A DNA stretch of 47,170 nt from Chloroflexota bacterium (GCA_025351245.1 JANXWH010000236.1:1-47170); one strand, 5' to 3'. Shown: positions 17,772-28,009, counted from the first letter of the stretch. Made by a program: numbers and translations. Notes: generated by a model not told the origin, from the sequence alone.

Positions 17772-18754
17772 CGACATCCCTCCGAAGGATTGAGCGTGAA
17801 GTTGGCGGCCGCGCCGTCGAGGGTGAGATCGATGACGTGCGCTGCCGAGCCGATGCCCGGCGACTCCCATGTCGTACCGGAGCGGACCAGTCCGGCAGCG
17901 GCGAAGTTGTCGCCCGTCACGGCCGACGTGTTCCGCAGCCGAAGCCCGGTGCCGGGATCGGCGCACAGCGTGACGGAGGCCGCGTTGGCCTGGATCCGGC
18001 CCATGAAACCGGCCGTCGCGGGCAGCGCGATCTTCAGGTCACCGGCGTTGACCTGCACGTCGAGGCGGCCGACGGTCGCGTCGTGCAGGAGCAGCCGCGA
18101 GTTGCCGACGGCATTGCCCTGTGCGGTGAGCGTCTCGACCCGGAGGCCCGCCAGATCGATGTTCGCCTCGCCGGCGTTGAGGTTGACGTCGAGCACATAG
18201 GCGACGTCGGTCCCGAGCGTGACATTCCACTGGGAGCGCCGTCCGTCCGCGAACGGGAGGACGACCGCCGCGTCGGGCGACTGAACCTCCAGGCGTTCCG
18301 CCGCCCGGTCCAGATATGGTCGCGCGTCGGCCTTCCCGGCGACCGTGACGCCCCAGGCGGCGCCCGAGACCGGCACGACCGACAGGCTCGCGCAGGTCGC
18401 GCGCAGGACGACGCTGGTGGTTCCACCCACGAAGGTGCCATGCTCGTCGAGGATCAACGGGTCGGTGGCCGCGTCCGCGTTCCCGCAGCCCACGGCGCCC
18501 AGGCTGAGGCCGCCCGCGAGGAGCGCGCCGAACATGGTCCCGAACGTCGCGGCGACCAGGAGGCCTCCCACGAAGTGGAACGGCGTGCGCCGCAGGATCA
18601 GCCCGATCCCGATGCCGATGAGGATGAGCGGCCACAGCTCCCACGCGTGCGAGATGGTCTCGCGTGCGATCCAGCCCTGGCTGTCCGCCAGCGGGATGGC
18701 GCCCAGGATCAGCAGGAAGACGCCCAGGTTGACGAGGCGACGATCGACGGACAT
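17768..18754 (-). CDS. LiaF-like membrane protein (DUF5668-type TM region plus beta-solenoid C-terminus)
   Basis: GVFLLILG...WELWPLILIGIGIGLIL N-terminus and repeated LDVxxNAG-type strands. Confidence 0.8.
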   Translation of the reverse strand: MSVDRRLVNLGVFLLILGAIPLADSQGWIARETISHAWELWPLILIGIGIGLILRRTPFHFVGGLLVAATFGTMFGALLAGGLSLGAVGCGNADAATDPLILDEHGTFVGGTTSVVLRATCASLSVVPVSGAAWGVTVAGKADARPYLDRAAERLEVQSPDAAVVLPFADGRRSQWNVTLGTDVAYVLDVNLNAGEANIDLAGLRVETLTAQGNAVGNSRLLLHDATVGRLDVQVNAGDLKIALPATAGFMGRIQANAASVTLCADPGTGLRLRNTSAVTGDNFAAAGLVRSGTTWESPGIGSAAHVIDLTLDGAAANFTLNPSEGCR

Positions 18755-18903
18755 ACCAGAACAGACCTCCCCAGGCAGGCGAGGATACGGTTTGGCCGGG
18801 CCGGTTGTGAACGGCCGGACGGCCCCTCCAGTGGGGGCCCGTGGTAGCCTTCGGACCGTCCACGCGCCACGCGCGTTCGAGCAGCGGGAGGAGCGGCCCA
18901 CCA

Positions 18904-19362
18904 ATGCGGCTCAGCGAATGGAGCGCCGTGGCGCCGACCCGGGAAGCGGCCGGGCCCAGGGTTCTCGCCGTTGCTGAGGCGGTGCTCGCGACGCTGGGAG
19001 CGACTCCCGATTCGGACTGCTGGGTCAGCTGGGGCGACGACCCCGGGGTTCGCTGGGCGGTCCTCGTCCCCACTCCAGCCGGCCTCGTCATGGCCCATGT
19101 CCGGGTCAACGTGCCACAGGAGGGTCCGCGGGCAGCCGGGAAGCTGGTCCGCTGGAGTCGCGTCCAGCTCGGCGAGATCGCGGCGGAGGTCCAGGGCGGG
19201 CGCCGGATCATCAGCTCCACCGTGGAGGGCGTGGTCCTGCGCGGCACGGACGCGGATGCCGACGCTGTCGGTGCCTTCCTCCAGGTGGTCCTTGCGGCGA
19301 TCGACGGGCGCCCGCTGCCCGCCCGCGTGGCGTCTCCTCCGTCCGTCACCGCAGAGGCATGA
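18904..19362 (+). CDS. Hypothetical protein
   Basis: RBS GGAGGAG. The stop overlaps the HAD gene start (ATGA). Confidence 0.75.
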   Translation: MRLSEWSAVAPTREAAGPRVLAVAEAVLATLGATPDSDCWVSWGDDPGVRWAVLVPTPAGLVMAHVRVNVPQEGPRAAGKLVRWSRVQLGEIAAEVQGGRRIISSTVEGVVLRGTDADADAVGAFLQVVLAAIDGRPLPARVASPPSVTAEA

Positions 19363-20036
19363 CGCCTGACGCCGAGCGGCCGTCCGCGATCGAGGCGGTG
19401 CTCTTCGACCTCGACGGTGTCATCGTCGACTCCGAGCCGTGGTGGCATGCCGTCCGCGTCGATTGGGCGGCCGCGCGCGGCCTGACCTGGACCGAGGCCG
19501 ACACTCGCGCGTGCATGGGACGCAACTCGCGGGATTGGGCCGGGATCATGCAGGAGCGTCTGCGCCTGGACCTCGCGACCCCGGAGATCGAGCGTGCCGT
19601 GGTGGACGCGCTCGTCGAGAAGTACGCCCGCGAACCGGTGCCGCGCGTGCTTGGCGCGGTAGCGGCCGTCAGACGGATCGTGGCCGCGTTTCCCTGCGCG
19701 ATCGCATCGTCGGCCCACCCGGCCGTGATCGAGGCCGCGCTGCGCGCCGTCGGGCTGGTCGGGTGCTTCGGCGCGGTGGTCTCGTCGGACGACGTCGCGG
19801 TTGGGAAGCCCGCGCCAGACGTCTACCTGGAGGCGGCACGCCGCCTGGGCGTCCCCGGCGACCACTGCCTCGTCGTAGAGGACTCGCTCAACGGCGTACT
19901 GGCCGGACGTGCGGCGGGGATGACGGTGATCCTCGTCCCGAACGCGAGCTTCCCGCCGGGGGAGGGAGCGGCGGAGGCCGCGGACCACGTGATCGCGCGA
20001 CTCGCTGACCTCGACCCGCAGCGGCTGCCCGGCTGA
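19359..20036 (+). CDS. HAD family phosphatase
   Basis: FDLDGVIVDS motif I, ASS motif II, and GKPAPD...EDSLNG motifs III/IV. Confidence 0.95.
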   Translation: MTPDAERPSAIEAVLFDLDGVIVDSEPWWHAVRVDWAAARGLTWTEADTRACMGRNSRDWAGIMQERLRLDLATPEIERAVVDALVEKYAREPVPRVLGAVAAVRRIVAAFPCAIASSAHPAVIEAALRAVGLVGCFGAVVSSDDVAVGKPAPDVYLEAARRLGVPGDHCLVVEDSLNGVLAGRAAGMTVILVPNASFPPGEGAAEAADHVIARLADLDPQRLPG

Positions 20037-20773
20037 TGGCCGCGTCGGTGGCGATCCGGCGGCCGGGCCGCGTGCCCTACTGGTTCACGACGCTCGGGAT
20101 CCGCGTGCTCGTTGGTGCGTACCTCCGCGTCCGCGTCGAGGGCCAGCCGTTGCCGCCGGGCCCGGCGATCCTCTGCTTCAGCCACCAGAGTTGGGCGGAC
20201 CCGTTCGTCGCGGTCGCGGCCCTGCCGGCACGCCCGGATCTCTGGTTCTTCGGCCCGAAGGAGGCCCACATGTCCGCTGGCATGCGCAACCGGTTGATCA
20301 CCTGGTCCGGTCGGGCCGTGCCCTTCAATCCCGAGCGAACCAACCTCCTGGAGACGACCCGCCGGGTGGAGGCCGTGCTCGCGAGCGGCGCGCACCTCGC
20401 GATCGCGCCGGAGGGCCGGATCCACGTCGGCGAGCGCGCGCTCCTGCCGATCAACGAGGGCGTGGCGTTCTTCGCGCTGCGCGCGGGCGTCCCGATCGTC
20501 CCGGTTGGCCTCACGGGAACCGGTTGGCTGCGCCTCGGCAAGACGATCCGGGTCCGGGTGGGCGCGCCGATCGCCCCGGCCGGCCGGCCGACCCGCGACG
20601 CTGTCGACGCGCTCACCGAGGAGGTCCGGACCGCGCTGCTCGCCCTCGTATCGGACGGGCGCGACGAGGCGCCGCCGGGACCGGTGGGTCGGTGGGTGAC
20701 GGAGCTGTTCAACGATTGGCCCGAGGGCCGTCGGCCAGCCCTGCCCGGGGTTGCGGGAGAGGCGGAGCGATAG
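20036..20773 (+). CDS. Lysophospholipid acyltransferase (PlsC-like)
   Basis: SHQSWAD (HxxxxD), APEG and VPIVPVG motifs. Confidence 0.9.
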   Translation: MAASVAIRRPGRVPYWFTTLGIRVLVGAYLRVRVEGQPLPPGPAILCFSHQSWADPFVAVAALPARPDLWFFGPKEAHMSAGMRNRLITWSGRAVPFNPERTNLLETTRRVEAVLASGAHLAIAPEGRIHVGERALLPINEGVAFFALRAGVPIVPVGLTGTGWLRLGKTIRVRVGAPIAPAGRPTRDAVDALTEEVRTALLALVSDGRDEAPPGPVGRWVTELFNDWPEGRRPALPGVAGEAER

Positions 20774-20785
20774 AACAGGTGTTCG
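20772..20785. promoter_or_regulatory. LexA-type SOS box (GAAC-N4-GTTC)
   Basis: AGAACAGGTGTTCG matches the Gram-positive-type consensus CGAACRNRYGTTCG at 13/14 positions. It sits at the start of an intergenic gap, overlapping the upstream stop codon. Confidence 0.6.
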
Positions 20786-20867
20786 GTAACGCTCGCCATG
20801 GCGAGGCCGCGGTCCGTTCTGCGATACTCGCGCCGACGAACGCACGCCGACAGGAGGCAGGCCAGAC

Positions 20868-21233
20868 GTGGGAGCCACGGGACTCGCGGCGAACCAGGAC
20901 GAGTACCGCTCTCGGCTGGGCGAGCAGCCGGATGCCCAGATCGACGCCTGGGCCGCGGAGGCCATGCGGGACATCTCGATCCGCCGGGGCGTCCTCGCGG
21001 TGCTCCACGACTACCGCGCCGCGACCGGCGCCGATGACCGCCTCATCGGGAAAGTGTTCGCGGCCGGCGGCGGTCCGCCCGCGGTGGTCGGGCGCGACGA
21101 GCAGGGCCGGCTCCTCGTCCCGGCGATCGCGCTCCATTGCCTCGTGGCCGGCACGCGGGCCGTGCTCCCGGAGCCGCGCGAGAAGCTCATCGAGTACCTC
21201 GTGGAGAACTTCGAGGAGCTCGTCTACCTCTGA
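20868..21233 (+). CDS. Hypothetical protein
   Basis: RBS AGGAGG and natural composition. Ends 6 nt before the ubiA-like gene. Confidence 0.78.
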   Translation: MGATGLAANQDEYRSRLGEQPDAQIDAWAAEAMRDISIRRGVLAVLHDYRAATGADDRLIGKVFAAGGGPPAVVGRDEQGRLLVPAIALHCLVAGTRAVLPEPREKLIEYLVENFEELVYL

Positions 21234-21239
21234 TCCGGC

Positions 21240-22076
21240 ATGAACCGAATGCTCTCCGGGGTGGTCCGGCTCGTCCATCCCTTCCCGTCTGCGCTCGACG
21301 CCGCGGTCACGTTCGCGCTTGCGCTCGTCGCCGGCGCGACGGCCGGCCGGGCCGCGCTCCTGGGGGTGGCGATGCTCACCATCCAGTTCTCGATCGGGAC
21401 CTTCAACGACGTCCTCGACGCGCCGGCAGACGCGGTTGCTGGCCGATCCAAGCCCCTGGTGGACGGCCGCATCCCGGCCCGAGTGGCCCTCGGGGTCGCG
21501 GCTGTGGCGGGGACGGCGGGGCTGATCCTCGCCGCGCTGGCCGGCCCGGCTGCCGCGCTCGTCGCCCTGGCGGGCTACGGCATCGGGCTCGTGTATGACC
21601 TTCGACTCAAGGCTTCGCCGTGGTCATGGCTCCCATATGCGATGGGCATCCCCCTCTTGCCGGTCTTCGCGTGGGTGGGTGCGGCCGGGGACCTGCCGGT
21701 GCCGATCCTCGCGCTCGCTGGCCTGGGCGTGCTCGCCGGCACGGCCCTCGCGATCGCGAACTCGCTGGCCGACGCGGAGCGAGACACGGCCAGCCGGACG
21801 GCGACGGTTGCGAGGACGCTCGGCCGCGCGCGATCGATCCGGCTGGGTGCGCTGCTGAGCTTCGTCGTGGCCGGCATCGCGACGACCTCCGCGGTCGTGC
21901 TGGCCGGGTCGATCCCCGGGACCTGGTTGACCTGTGCCGGTGCCGCGACGCTGGCTGCGGGCGTCGGGATGGGGGTTCTCGGCCACCTCCAGCGCGCATG
22001 GGAGGTCCAGGCGATCGGGCTCGGGATCCTCGCGGCCGGCTGGGTGGCCTCGCTCGCCGCGGCCCGCCTCCTTTGA
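21240..22076 (+). CDS. UbiA family prenyltransferase
   Basis: FNDVLDAPAD...SKPL and ANSLADAERD Asp-rich motifs, with multiple TM helices. Confidence 0.88.
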   Translation: MNRMLSGVVRLVHPFPSALDAAVTFALALVAGATAGRAALLGVAMLTIQFSIGTFNDVLDAPADAVAGRSKPLVDGRIPARVALGVAAVAGTAGLILAALAGPAAALVALAGYGIGLVYDLRLKASPWSWLPYAMGIPLLPVFAWVGAAGDLPVPILALAGLGVLAGTALAIANSLADAERDTASRTATVARTLGRARSIRLGALLSFVVAGIATTSAVVLAGSIPGTWLTCAGAATLAAGVGMGVLGHLQRAWEVQAIGLGILAAGWVASLAAARLL

Positions 22077-22204
22077 CCGGGCCGGACGAAGGTACCCGCC
22101 CAGCGCGTGCCGGAAGTTCGGGCCCGACCCCTAACGGAAGACGGTGCCGCGTCGTTCCCCTTGGTACGCGGCGAAAAGCCGCCCGCACCCGGAGATCATG
22201 ACCC

Positions 22205-22645
22205 ATGCATCGAGCCAAGAGCATCCTGGCGGCCCTCGCCGCTGTCGCCCTGTCCGCCACGGCCGTCTTCGCGGCCGCCGGGACGGCGCCCGCCGACGCC
22301 GCAAAGGACGGGCTCGCACGGGCCGCCACTGCGTCAACGCCGATCGCCCCCGTACGAGCGGACAGCGCGGACACGGCCGCGACACACGAGCGGAACAAGG
22401 CGCCGGAGGCCGGCGAGTCGCCGGACCCCGGCGAGTCGCCCGATGTCGCCACGACGAAGGCGGCGGACACCGTGCACCCCGACAACCATGGAGCGCTCGT
22501 CTCCGCCGCGGCAAAGGCCGTGACCCCGGTCGCGTTCGCGAATCACGGCGCCTACGTCAGCTCGATCGCGATTCAGAACCACGGCCACGGGGCGGCGTCG
22601 GCGAAGACGCACGGCAAGTCCGGCGAGACGCACCCCGCGAACTGA
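22205..22645 (+). CDS. Secreted low-complexity hypothetical protein
   Basis: Signal peptide MHRAKSILAALAAVALSATAVFA and repeated NHGAxVS motifs. Confidence 0.75.
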   Translation: MHRAKSILAALAAVALSATAVFAAAGTAPADAAKDGLARAATASTPIAPVRADSADTAATHERNKAPEAGESPDPGESPDVATTKAADTVHPDNHGALVSAAAKAVTPVAFANHGAYVSSIAIQNHGHGAASAKTHGKSGETHPAN

Positions 22646-22697
22646 CGCGCGTCGCTCGACCGCCGGGGCACGCCCCCGCCGTCGACCCGATTCAAGC

Positions 22698-22728
22698 AAG
22701 AAGCCGGCGCCAGGGCGCCGGCCTCTTT
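22698..22728. terminator. Probable bidirectional intrinsic terminator
   Basis: GCCGGCGC-cagg-GCGCCGGC hairpin flanked by AAGAA and CTCTTT, between convergent genes. Confidence 0.65.
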
Positions 22729-22782
22729 GCGTTGCGGGGTGGGGGAGGGGATCCCCGGCCGTGGCCCGGAACGCCCCGGTCG

Positions 22783-23769
22783 TCAGTCGCGCACCCCGGG
22801 TCCGCGGACAACGGTGATCACGTTCTCGAGCGTGAGCTTCGAGATCGTCAGGTACTTGGCCAGGTTCTGGCGATCGACCGGCGAGGCGGCCGCGGTGAAC
22901 TCCTGGCTCCGGAGCACGGCGATGAGGCTTGCGAGGGCGTCGTGGAACTGGGCCTTCGCGACGATGAGGGCATCGTCGCCCGTCGGGGCCGCAGGAGATC
23001 CGGCGGGGTCCTGCGCGTCTACCTCGCCTGCGATGGCGCGTCCCTGCCCATCGTCCATCGCCGCCGCCCGCGCGGGCCGGCCCTCGATCTTCTCGCGCAG
23101 CTTGACGAGCGATAGCTCCCCGCGGGCAACCTGGCCGGCCAGGCGCCGGCGCTTCTTCGGATCCTCGATCTTCATCAGCTCGTAGGCGTGCGACAGGGTG
23201 TCTTTGCGCACAGACACCAGGTCCCGGATCTCCTCGGGCGCGTCCGCGAGCCGAAGCCGGTTCTCCAGGTACCCCTTGTCCTTGCCGAGCTTCTGGGCAA
23301 GCTTGCGGACGCTGTAACCATGGTCCTTGATCATTCGGTCGTACATCGAGGCTTCCTCCAGCGGCGAGAGATCCTCGCGCTGCAGGTTCTCGATGATTGC
23401 GATCTCGAGCGCGACGTCGTCGTCGAGCTCTTCGATGATCGCGGGGACTGCGGCGAGCCCGGCGATCCGCGCCGCCCGCCAGCGACGCTCACCGGCAACA
23501 AGCTGGAACTGGTTCGGCCCATGCGGCCGGACGAGGACCGGCTGGAGGATGCCGTGCTCGCGGATCGAGGCGGCAAGCTCCTCGAGGGCGGACGGTTCGA
23601 AGACAAGGCGCGGGTTCTCCGGGTTGGCCTCGATCCGGTCGATCGGGACATTGCGAATACCTGTCGTCCGGCCACCCTCGGCGGAGAGGAGGCTGACGAT
23701 GGACGGCGAGAGCTCGCGCTCCTCGGAGAGGCGACGCGCCGCGTACGCGCGGAAGTCAGGCCTGGCCAA
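22783..23769 (-). CDS. parB: ParB/Spo0J partition protein
   Basis: NPENPR, LAASIREHGILQP, AGERRWRA, IENLQREDLSPLEEA and an HTH. Confidence 0.95.
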   Translation of the reverse strand: MARPDFRAYAARRLSEERELSPSIVSLLSAEGGRTTGIRNVPIDRIEANPENPRLVFEPSALEELAASIREHGILQPVLVRPHGPNQFQLVAGERRWRAARIAGLAAVPAIIEELDDDVALEIAIIENLQREDLSPLEEASMYDRMIKDHGYSVRKLAQKLGKDKGYLENRLRLADAPEEIRDLVSVRKDTLSHAYELMKIEDPKKRRRLAGQVARGELSLVKLREKIEGRPARAAAMDDGQGRAIAGEVDAQDPAGSPAAPTGDDALIVAKAQFHDALASLIAVLRSQEFTAAASPVDRQNLAKYLTISKLTLENVITVVRGPGVRD

Positions 23770-24529
23770 GTTCGACGACCTCCTTCGCGAGTTCTCGGAA
23801 TTCCCGGGCGGCCTCGGAGCTGCCCGCGTAGGCGGTGATCGGGCGACCGGTGAGTGGCGCCTCGCCGAGCTTCACGGTGCTCCGGATGATCGTGTGAAAA
23901 ACGTGATGCTCGCCGAGCTCTCGCAGCTCGTCGAGCATTTCACGTCCGAGGATGGTGCGCCCGTCGTAGAACGTGGGGAGCAGGCCGAGAATTCGAAGAT
24001 CGCGGTTCAGCTTCGTCCGGATCGTGTTGATGACTTTCACCAGCGCCGTCAGGCCCTTCAGCGCGTAGTACTGCGTCTGCACCGGGATGATCACGCTGCC
24101 TGCCGCGACGAGGCCGTTGATGGTCAACAGGCCAAGTGTCGGCGGGCAGTCGATAAGGACGTAGTCGTAACGCTCCCGGACCCCGTGGTCCAGCGCCTCC
24201 CGGAGCGCGTACTCGCGGCCGATCGCGGAAAAGAGCTCGACTTCCGTGGATGCGAGCTCGAGCGTCGATGGGACAACGTCGATCCGCTCCGTCTGGCTCG
24301 CCAGGATGACGCTCTCGACGTTCGAGTCCCCGTCGTCGAGGATGTGGGCGATGGATCGCTCGACCTGGCCCAGGTTGATCCCGAGGCCGACCGTCAGGTT
24401 GGCCTGGGGATCCATGTCCACGGCGAGGACTCGATAACCCAGCTCGGCCAGCGCGCCCGCCAGGTTGATCGCTGTGGTCGTCTTGCCGACGCCGCCCTTC
24501 TGGTTCGCGATCGCGATGACCTGTGCCAC
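23756..24529 (-). CDS. parA: ParA/Soj ATPase
   Basis: NQKGGVGKTT deviant Walker A, DMDPQAN and IDCPP. Confidence 0.96.
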   Translation of the reverse strand: MAQVIAIANQKGGVGKTTTAINLAGALAELGYRVLAVDMDPQANLTVGLGINLGQVERSIAHILDDGDSNVESVILASQTERIDVVPSTLELASTEVELFSAIGREYALREALDHGVRERYDYVLIDCPPTLGLLTINGLVAAGSVIIPVQTQYYALKGLTALVKVINTIRTKLNRDLRILGLLPTFYDGRTILGREMLDELRELGEHHVFHTIIRSTVKLGEAPLTGRPITAYAGSSEAAREFRELAKEVVELGQA

Positions 24530-24623
24530 CAGGAATCACCTCTCCGTGTCAGCCGGCCGCGTATCTCGTGGCGTGGCGCGGACCATGAATGCTACCCCAC
24601 CATCGCCGGTCCGCGGGCGCGCA

Positions 24624-24665
24624 TTGTCCACACTTCCGCCGAGATATTCACCATTGTGTGGATAA
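24624..24665. promoter_or_regulatory. Pair of oppositely oriented DnaA boxes
   Basis: TTGTCCACA (24624-24632) and TGTGGATAA, the reverse complement of TTATCCACA (24657-24665), in a locally less GC-rich intergenic stretch. Confidence 0.7.
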
Positions 24666-24762
24666 CAGCCCTGTCACTCGCTCCCTGATTGCGTCTCGCT
24701 GCGTATGATGTCGCCCCTGCGCGCCCGATGGCGCGAGGTCGAGGCGCCGCGAGGAGGTCGAC

Positions 24763-26316
24763 GTGCCCACGAGCGACGAACGGCTCGAGCAACTCAAGCG
24801 AATGCGAAGCGAGGCGCTCATCGGCGGGGGACCCGTCCGGATCGAGCGACAGCATACGTTCGGCAAGCTGACGGCGAGGGAGCGCCTGGACCTGTTGCTG
24901 GACCCGGGGTCGTTTGTCGAGCTGGATGCGTTCGTGACGCACCGGGCGACGGAGTTCGGCCTGGATCGCCAGCACGTCCTCGGCGACGGCGTGGTCACCG
25001 GGCACGGCACCATCGACGGGCGCCTCGTCTTCGTCTTCAGCCAGGACTTCACCGTCTTCGGCGGCTCGCTCTCGGAAGCCTATGCCGAGAAGATCTGCAA
25101 GATCATGGACCTCGCGATGAAGGTTGGCGCCCCGGTTGTCGGGCTCAACGATTCGGGTGGTGCGCGGATCCAGGAGGGCGTCGCCTCGCTTGGCGGCTAT
25201 GCCGAGATCTTCCTGCGCAACGTCCTCGCCTCGGGCGTCGTGCCGCAGGTCAGCGTGATCATGGGGCCGTGCGCGGGCGGCGCCGTCTACTCGCCGGCGA
25301 TGACCGACTTCACGATCATGGTCGAAGGCACGAGCTACATGTTCGTGACCGGGCCGAACGTCGTGAAGACCGTGACGCACGAGGAGGTCGATTCGGAGTA
25401 CCTCGGTGGCGCCGCGACACACACGACGATCTCCGGGGTCGCCCATCTAGCCGCGGCGGACGAGGCAACCGCCATGGACCATGTCCGGCGCCTCCTGGCG
25501 CACCTTCCGCAGAACAACCTGGGCGAGCCGCCCCGGATCCCATCGCACGACCCGGTGGATCGGCGAGACCCGGAGCTGGACCACGTCGTGCCCGACGATT
25601 CGCAGAAGCCGTACAACATGCACGACGTGATCCGGCATGTCGTGGACGATGCCGACTTCTTCGAGATCCAGCCCGGCTGGGCGCCGAACATCCTGATCGG
25701 CTTCGCGCGCCTGGGGGGACGAAGCGTGGGCATCGTGGCGCAGCAGCCCGCCGTCCTCGCAGGCGCGCTGGACATCGACGCGTCGATCAAAGCCGCGCGC
25801 TTCGTGCGGACCTGCGACTGCTTCAACGTCCCGCTCGTCACGTTCGTTGACGTTCCGGGCTTCCTGCCCGGCGTTGGCCAGGAGCACGGCGGCATCATCA
25901 AACACGGGGCAAAGCTGCTCTACGCCTACTGCGAGGCGACCGTCCCGAAATTGACGGTGATCACGCGGAAGGCCTATGGGGGCGCCTACGACGTCATGAG
26001 CAGCAAGCACATCCGCGGCGACATGAATTTCGCGTGGCCAACCGCGGAGATCGCGGTCATGGGCGCCGCCGGAGCGGTCAACATCATCTTCAAGGCGGAG
26101 ATCGCGGCATCGACCGATCCGGTCGCGGAGCAGCGTCGCCTTGTGGCCGAGTACGAGGCGGAGTTCAACAACCCGTACGTCGCGGCCGCCCGCGGCTACA
26201 TCGACGATGTCATCGCCCCGTCTGACACGCGTCCGCGACTGATCCGCGCCCTGGAGATGCTGGCCGACAAGCGCGACACGAACCCCCGCAAGAAGCACGG
26301 CAACATCCCGCTGTGA
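24763..26316 (+). CDS. pccB: Acyl-CoA (propionyl-CoA) carboxylase carboxyltransferase subunit
   Basis: [46 protein letters not shown] and KKHGNIPL. Confidence 0.95.
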   Translation: MPTSDERLEQLKRMRSEALIGGGPVRIERQHTFGKLTARERLDLLLDPGSFVELDAFVTHRATEFGLDRQHVLGDGVVTGHGTIDGRLVFVFSQDFTVFGGSLSEAYAEKICKIMDLAMKVGAPVVGLNDSGGARIQEGVASLGGYAEIFLRNVLASGVVPQVSVIMGPCAGGAVYSPAMTDFTIMVEGTSYMFVTGPNVVKTVTHEEVDSEYLGGAATHTTISGVAHLAAADEATAMDHVRRLLAHLPQNNLGEPPRIPSHDPVDRRDPELDHVVPDDSQKPYNMHDVIRHVVDDADFFEIQPGWAPNILIGFARLGGRSVGIVAQQPAVLAGALDIDASIKAARFVRTCDCFNVPLVTFVDVPGFLPGVGQEHGGIIKHGAKLLYAYCEATVPKLTVITRKAYGGAYDVMSSKHIRGDMNFAWPTAEIAVMGAAGAVNIIFKAEIAASTDPVAEQRRLVAEYEAEFNNPYVAAARGYIDDVIAPSDTRPRLIRALEMLADKRDTNPRKKHGNIPL

Positions 26317-26413
26317 GAAGTGGGGGAGACGAGGGCGCCCGGGATCGCCGGCGTGTCTTTGCGCAAAGACGTGCCGGCACGACTCCGGCTTTCGGGCCGC
26401 GATCAGGCAGGCC

Positions 26414-28009
26414 GTGACCCCGCCGTTCAACCGGATCCTCGTCGCGAACCGCGGCGAGATTGCGCTCCGTATCATCCGGGCCGCTCACGAGATGGGGATG
26501 CAGGCGGTCGCGGTCTACTCCGACGCGGACGCGACCGCCGCGCACGTCCGAGCTGCGGATGCGGCGGTCCGACTGGGACCGGCGGCGCCCGCGGAGAGCT
26601 ACCTGCGGATCGACGCGGTGGTATCGGCAGCCCTGGAATCCGGCGCCCAGGCAGTCCACCCCGGGTACGGCTTCCTGTCCGAACGGGCGGGGTTCGCCCG
26701 GGCGGTCGAGGACGCGGGGCTCGTCTTCGTGGGTCCGTCAGCGGCCACGATCTCGGCGCTCGGCGACAAGCTCGCGGCCCGACGGACGGCACGCGCCGTC
26801 GACGTCCCGCACGTGCCCGGTACGCTCGCGCCCGCTCCCGTCGACCGACCCGATCAGCTGGAGGCGGTGCTCGCCGCCGCGGAGGCCGTCGGTTTCCCGC
26901 TCCTCGTCAAGGCGGCTGCCGGCGGCGGCGGTCGAGGGATGCGGCGCGTCATGGCGGCGAACGAGCTGCCCGCGGCGCTGATCGCCGGCTCGCGCGAGGC
27001 TGCCGCTGCCTTCGGCGACGGCACCGTCTACCTGGAGCGCGAGATCATGCCCGCGCGCCACATCGAGGTCCAACTCCTCGGCGACTCAACCGGGCAGGTG
27101 GTCGCGCTGGGCGAGCGGGACTGCTCGACGCAGCGACGCCACCAGAAGCTCATCGAGGAAGCGCCCGCGCCGGGCCTGACGGAGACCGAGCGGCGCCGAC
27201 TCCACGCGATGGCCGTTCGCCTGGGCATCGCGGCCGGGCTGCAGAACGCGGCGACCGCCGAGTTCCTGTACGACCGGGACGGCCGCTTCTGGTTCCTCGA
27301 GGTGAACACGCGGCTCCAGGTGGAGCACCCCGTGACGGAGCTGGTGGCGGGCCTCGACATCGTCCAAGAGCAGTTCCGTCTTGCCGGCGGGGCGCCGCTC
27401 TCGCCCGGTGCCCTCGCGGCGGCGGACCGCGCGGCCCGCCCGACGAGCCACGCGATCGAGCTCCGGATCTCTGCGGAGGATCCGGCCCGCGTTTTCGCGC
27501 CGACGCCTGGGCGGATCACCCGCTGGGTGATGCCGGCCGGGCCCGGCGTTCGGGTCGACACGGCCGTTGAAGCGGGCGACCGAATCCCCGCGGAGTACGA
27601 CCCGCTCATCTGCAAGCTCATCGTCCACGCCGCGGATCGGCCGGCAGCACTCGGACGCCTCCGCCGAGCGCTCGACGAGACGGAGATCGGCGGCATCCAG
27701 ACCACCCTGCCGTTCCATCGGGCGATGCTCGCACAGCCCGGTTTTCTCGACGCGACTGGGCTCTCCACGACCTGGGTCGATGCACACTGGGACGGCCCGG
27801 CCTCCCGCGCGAGGGCCGTTCGCGTTGCGTCGCTGGCCGCCGGCCTCGCGGAGCTCGGGGAGGCGGCAACGGGCGAACAGGGTGGCAGTCTCTCGCTGGC
27901 CGGGCCGGACGGGCCCCACCACGCGGCGGATCCTGCGAATCGGGACGGCAGCGTCCCAGCCTGGCGAACCGCCGGCCGCGCGCTCGCCACGGACCGGTGG
28001 CCGGGATGA
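26414..28009 (+). CDS. accC: Biotin carboxylase subunit
   Basis: ANRGEIA, HPGYGFLSE, GGGGRGMR, ERDCSTQRRHQK and EVNTRLQVEH. Confidence 0.95.
   Translation: MTPPFNRILVANRGEIALRIIRAAHEMGMQAVAVYSDADATAAHVRAADAAVRLGPAAPAESYLRIDAVVSAALESGAQAVHPGYGFLSERAGFARAVEDAGLVFVGPSAATISALGDKLAARRTARAVDVPHVPGTLAPAPVDRPDQLEAVLAAAEAVGFPLLVKAAAGGGGRGMRRVMAANELPAALIAGSREAAAAFGDGTVYLEREIMPARHIEVQLLGDSTGQVVALGERDCSTQRRHQKLIEEAPAPGLTETERRRLHAMAVRLGIAAGLQNAATAEFLYDRDGRFWFLEVNTRLQVEHPVTELVAGLDIVQEQFRLAGGAPLSPGALAAADRAARPTSHAIELRISAEDPARVFAPTPGRITRWVMPAGPGVRVDTAVEAGDRIPAEYDPLICKLIVHAADRPAALGRLRRALDETEIGGIQTTLPFHRAMLAQPGFLDATGLSTTWVDAHWDGPASRARAVRVASLAAGLAELGEAATGEQGGSLSLAGPDGPHHAADPANRDGSVPAWRTAGRALATDRWPG

Noticed and set aside
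22650-24760. parS site near parAB
   Set aside because: No GTTTCACGTGAAAC-like palindrome was seen by eye.
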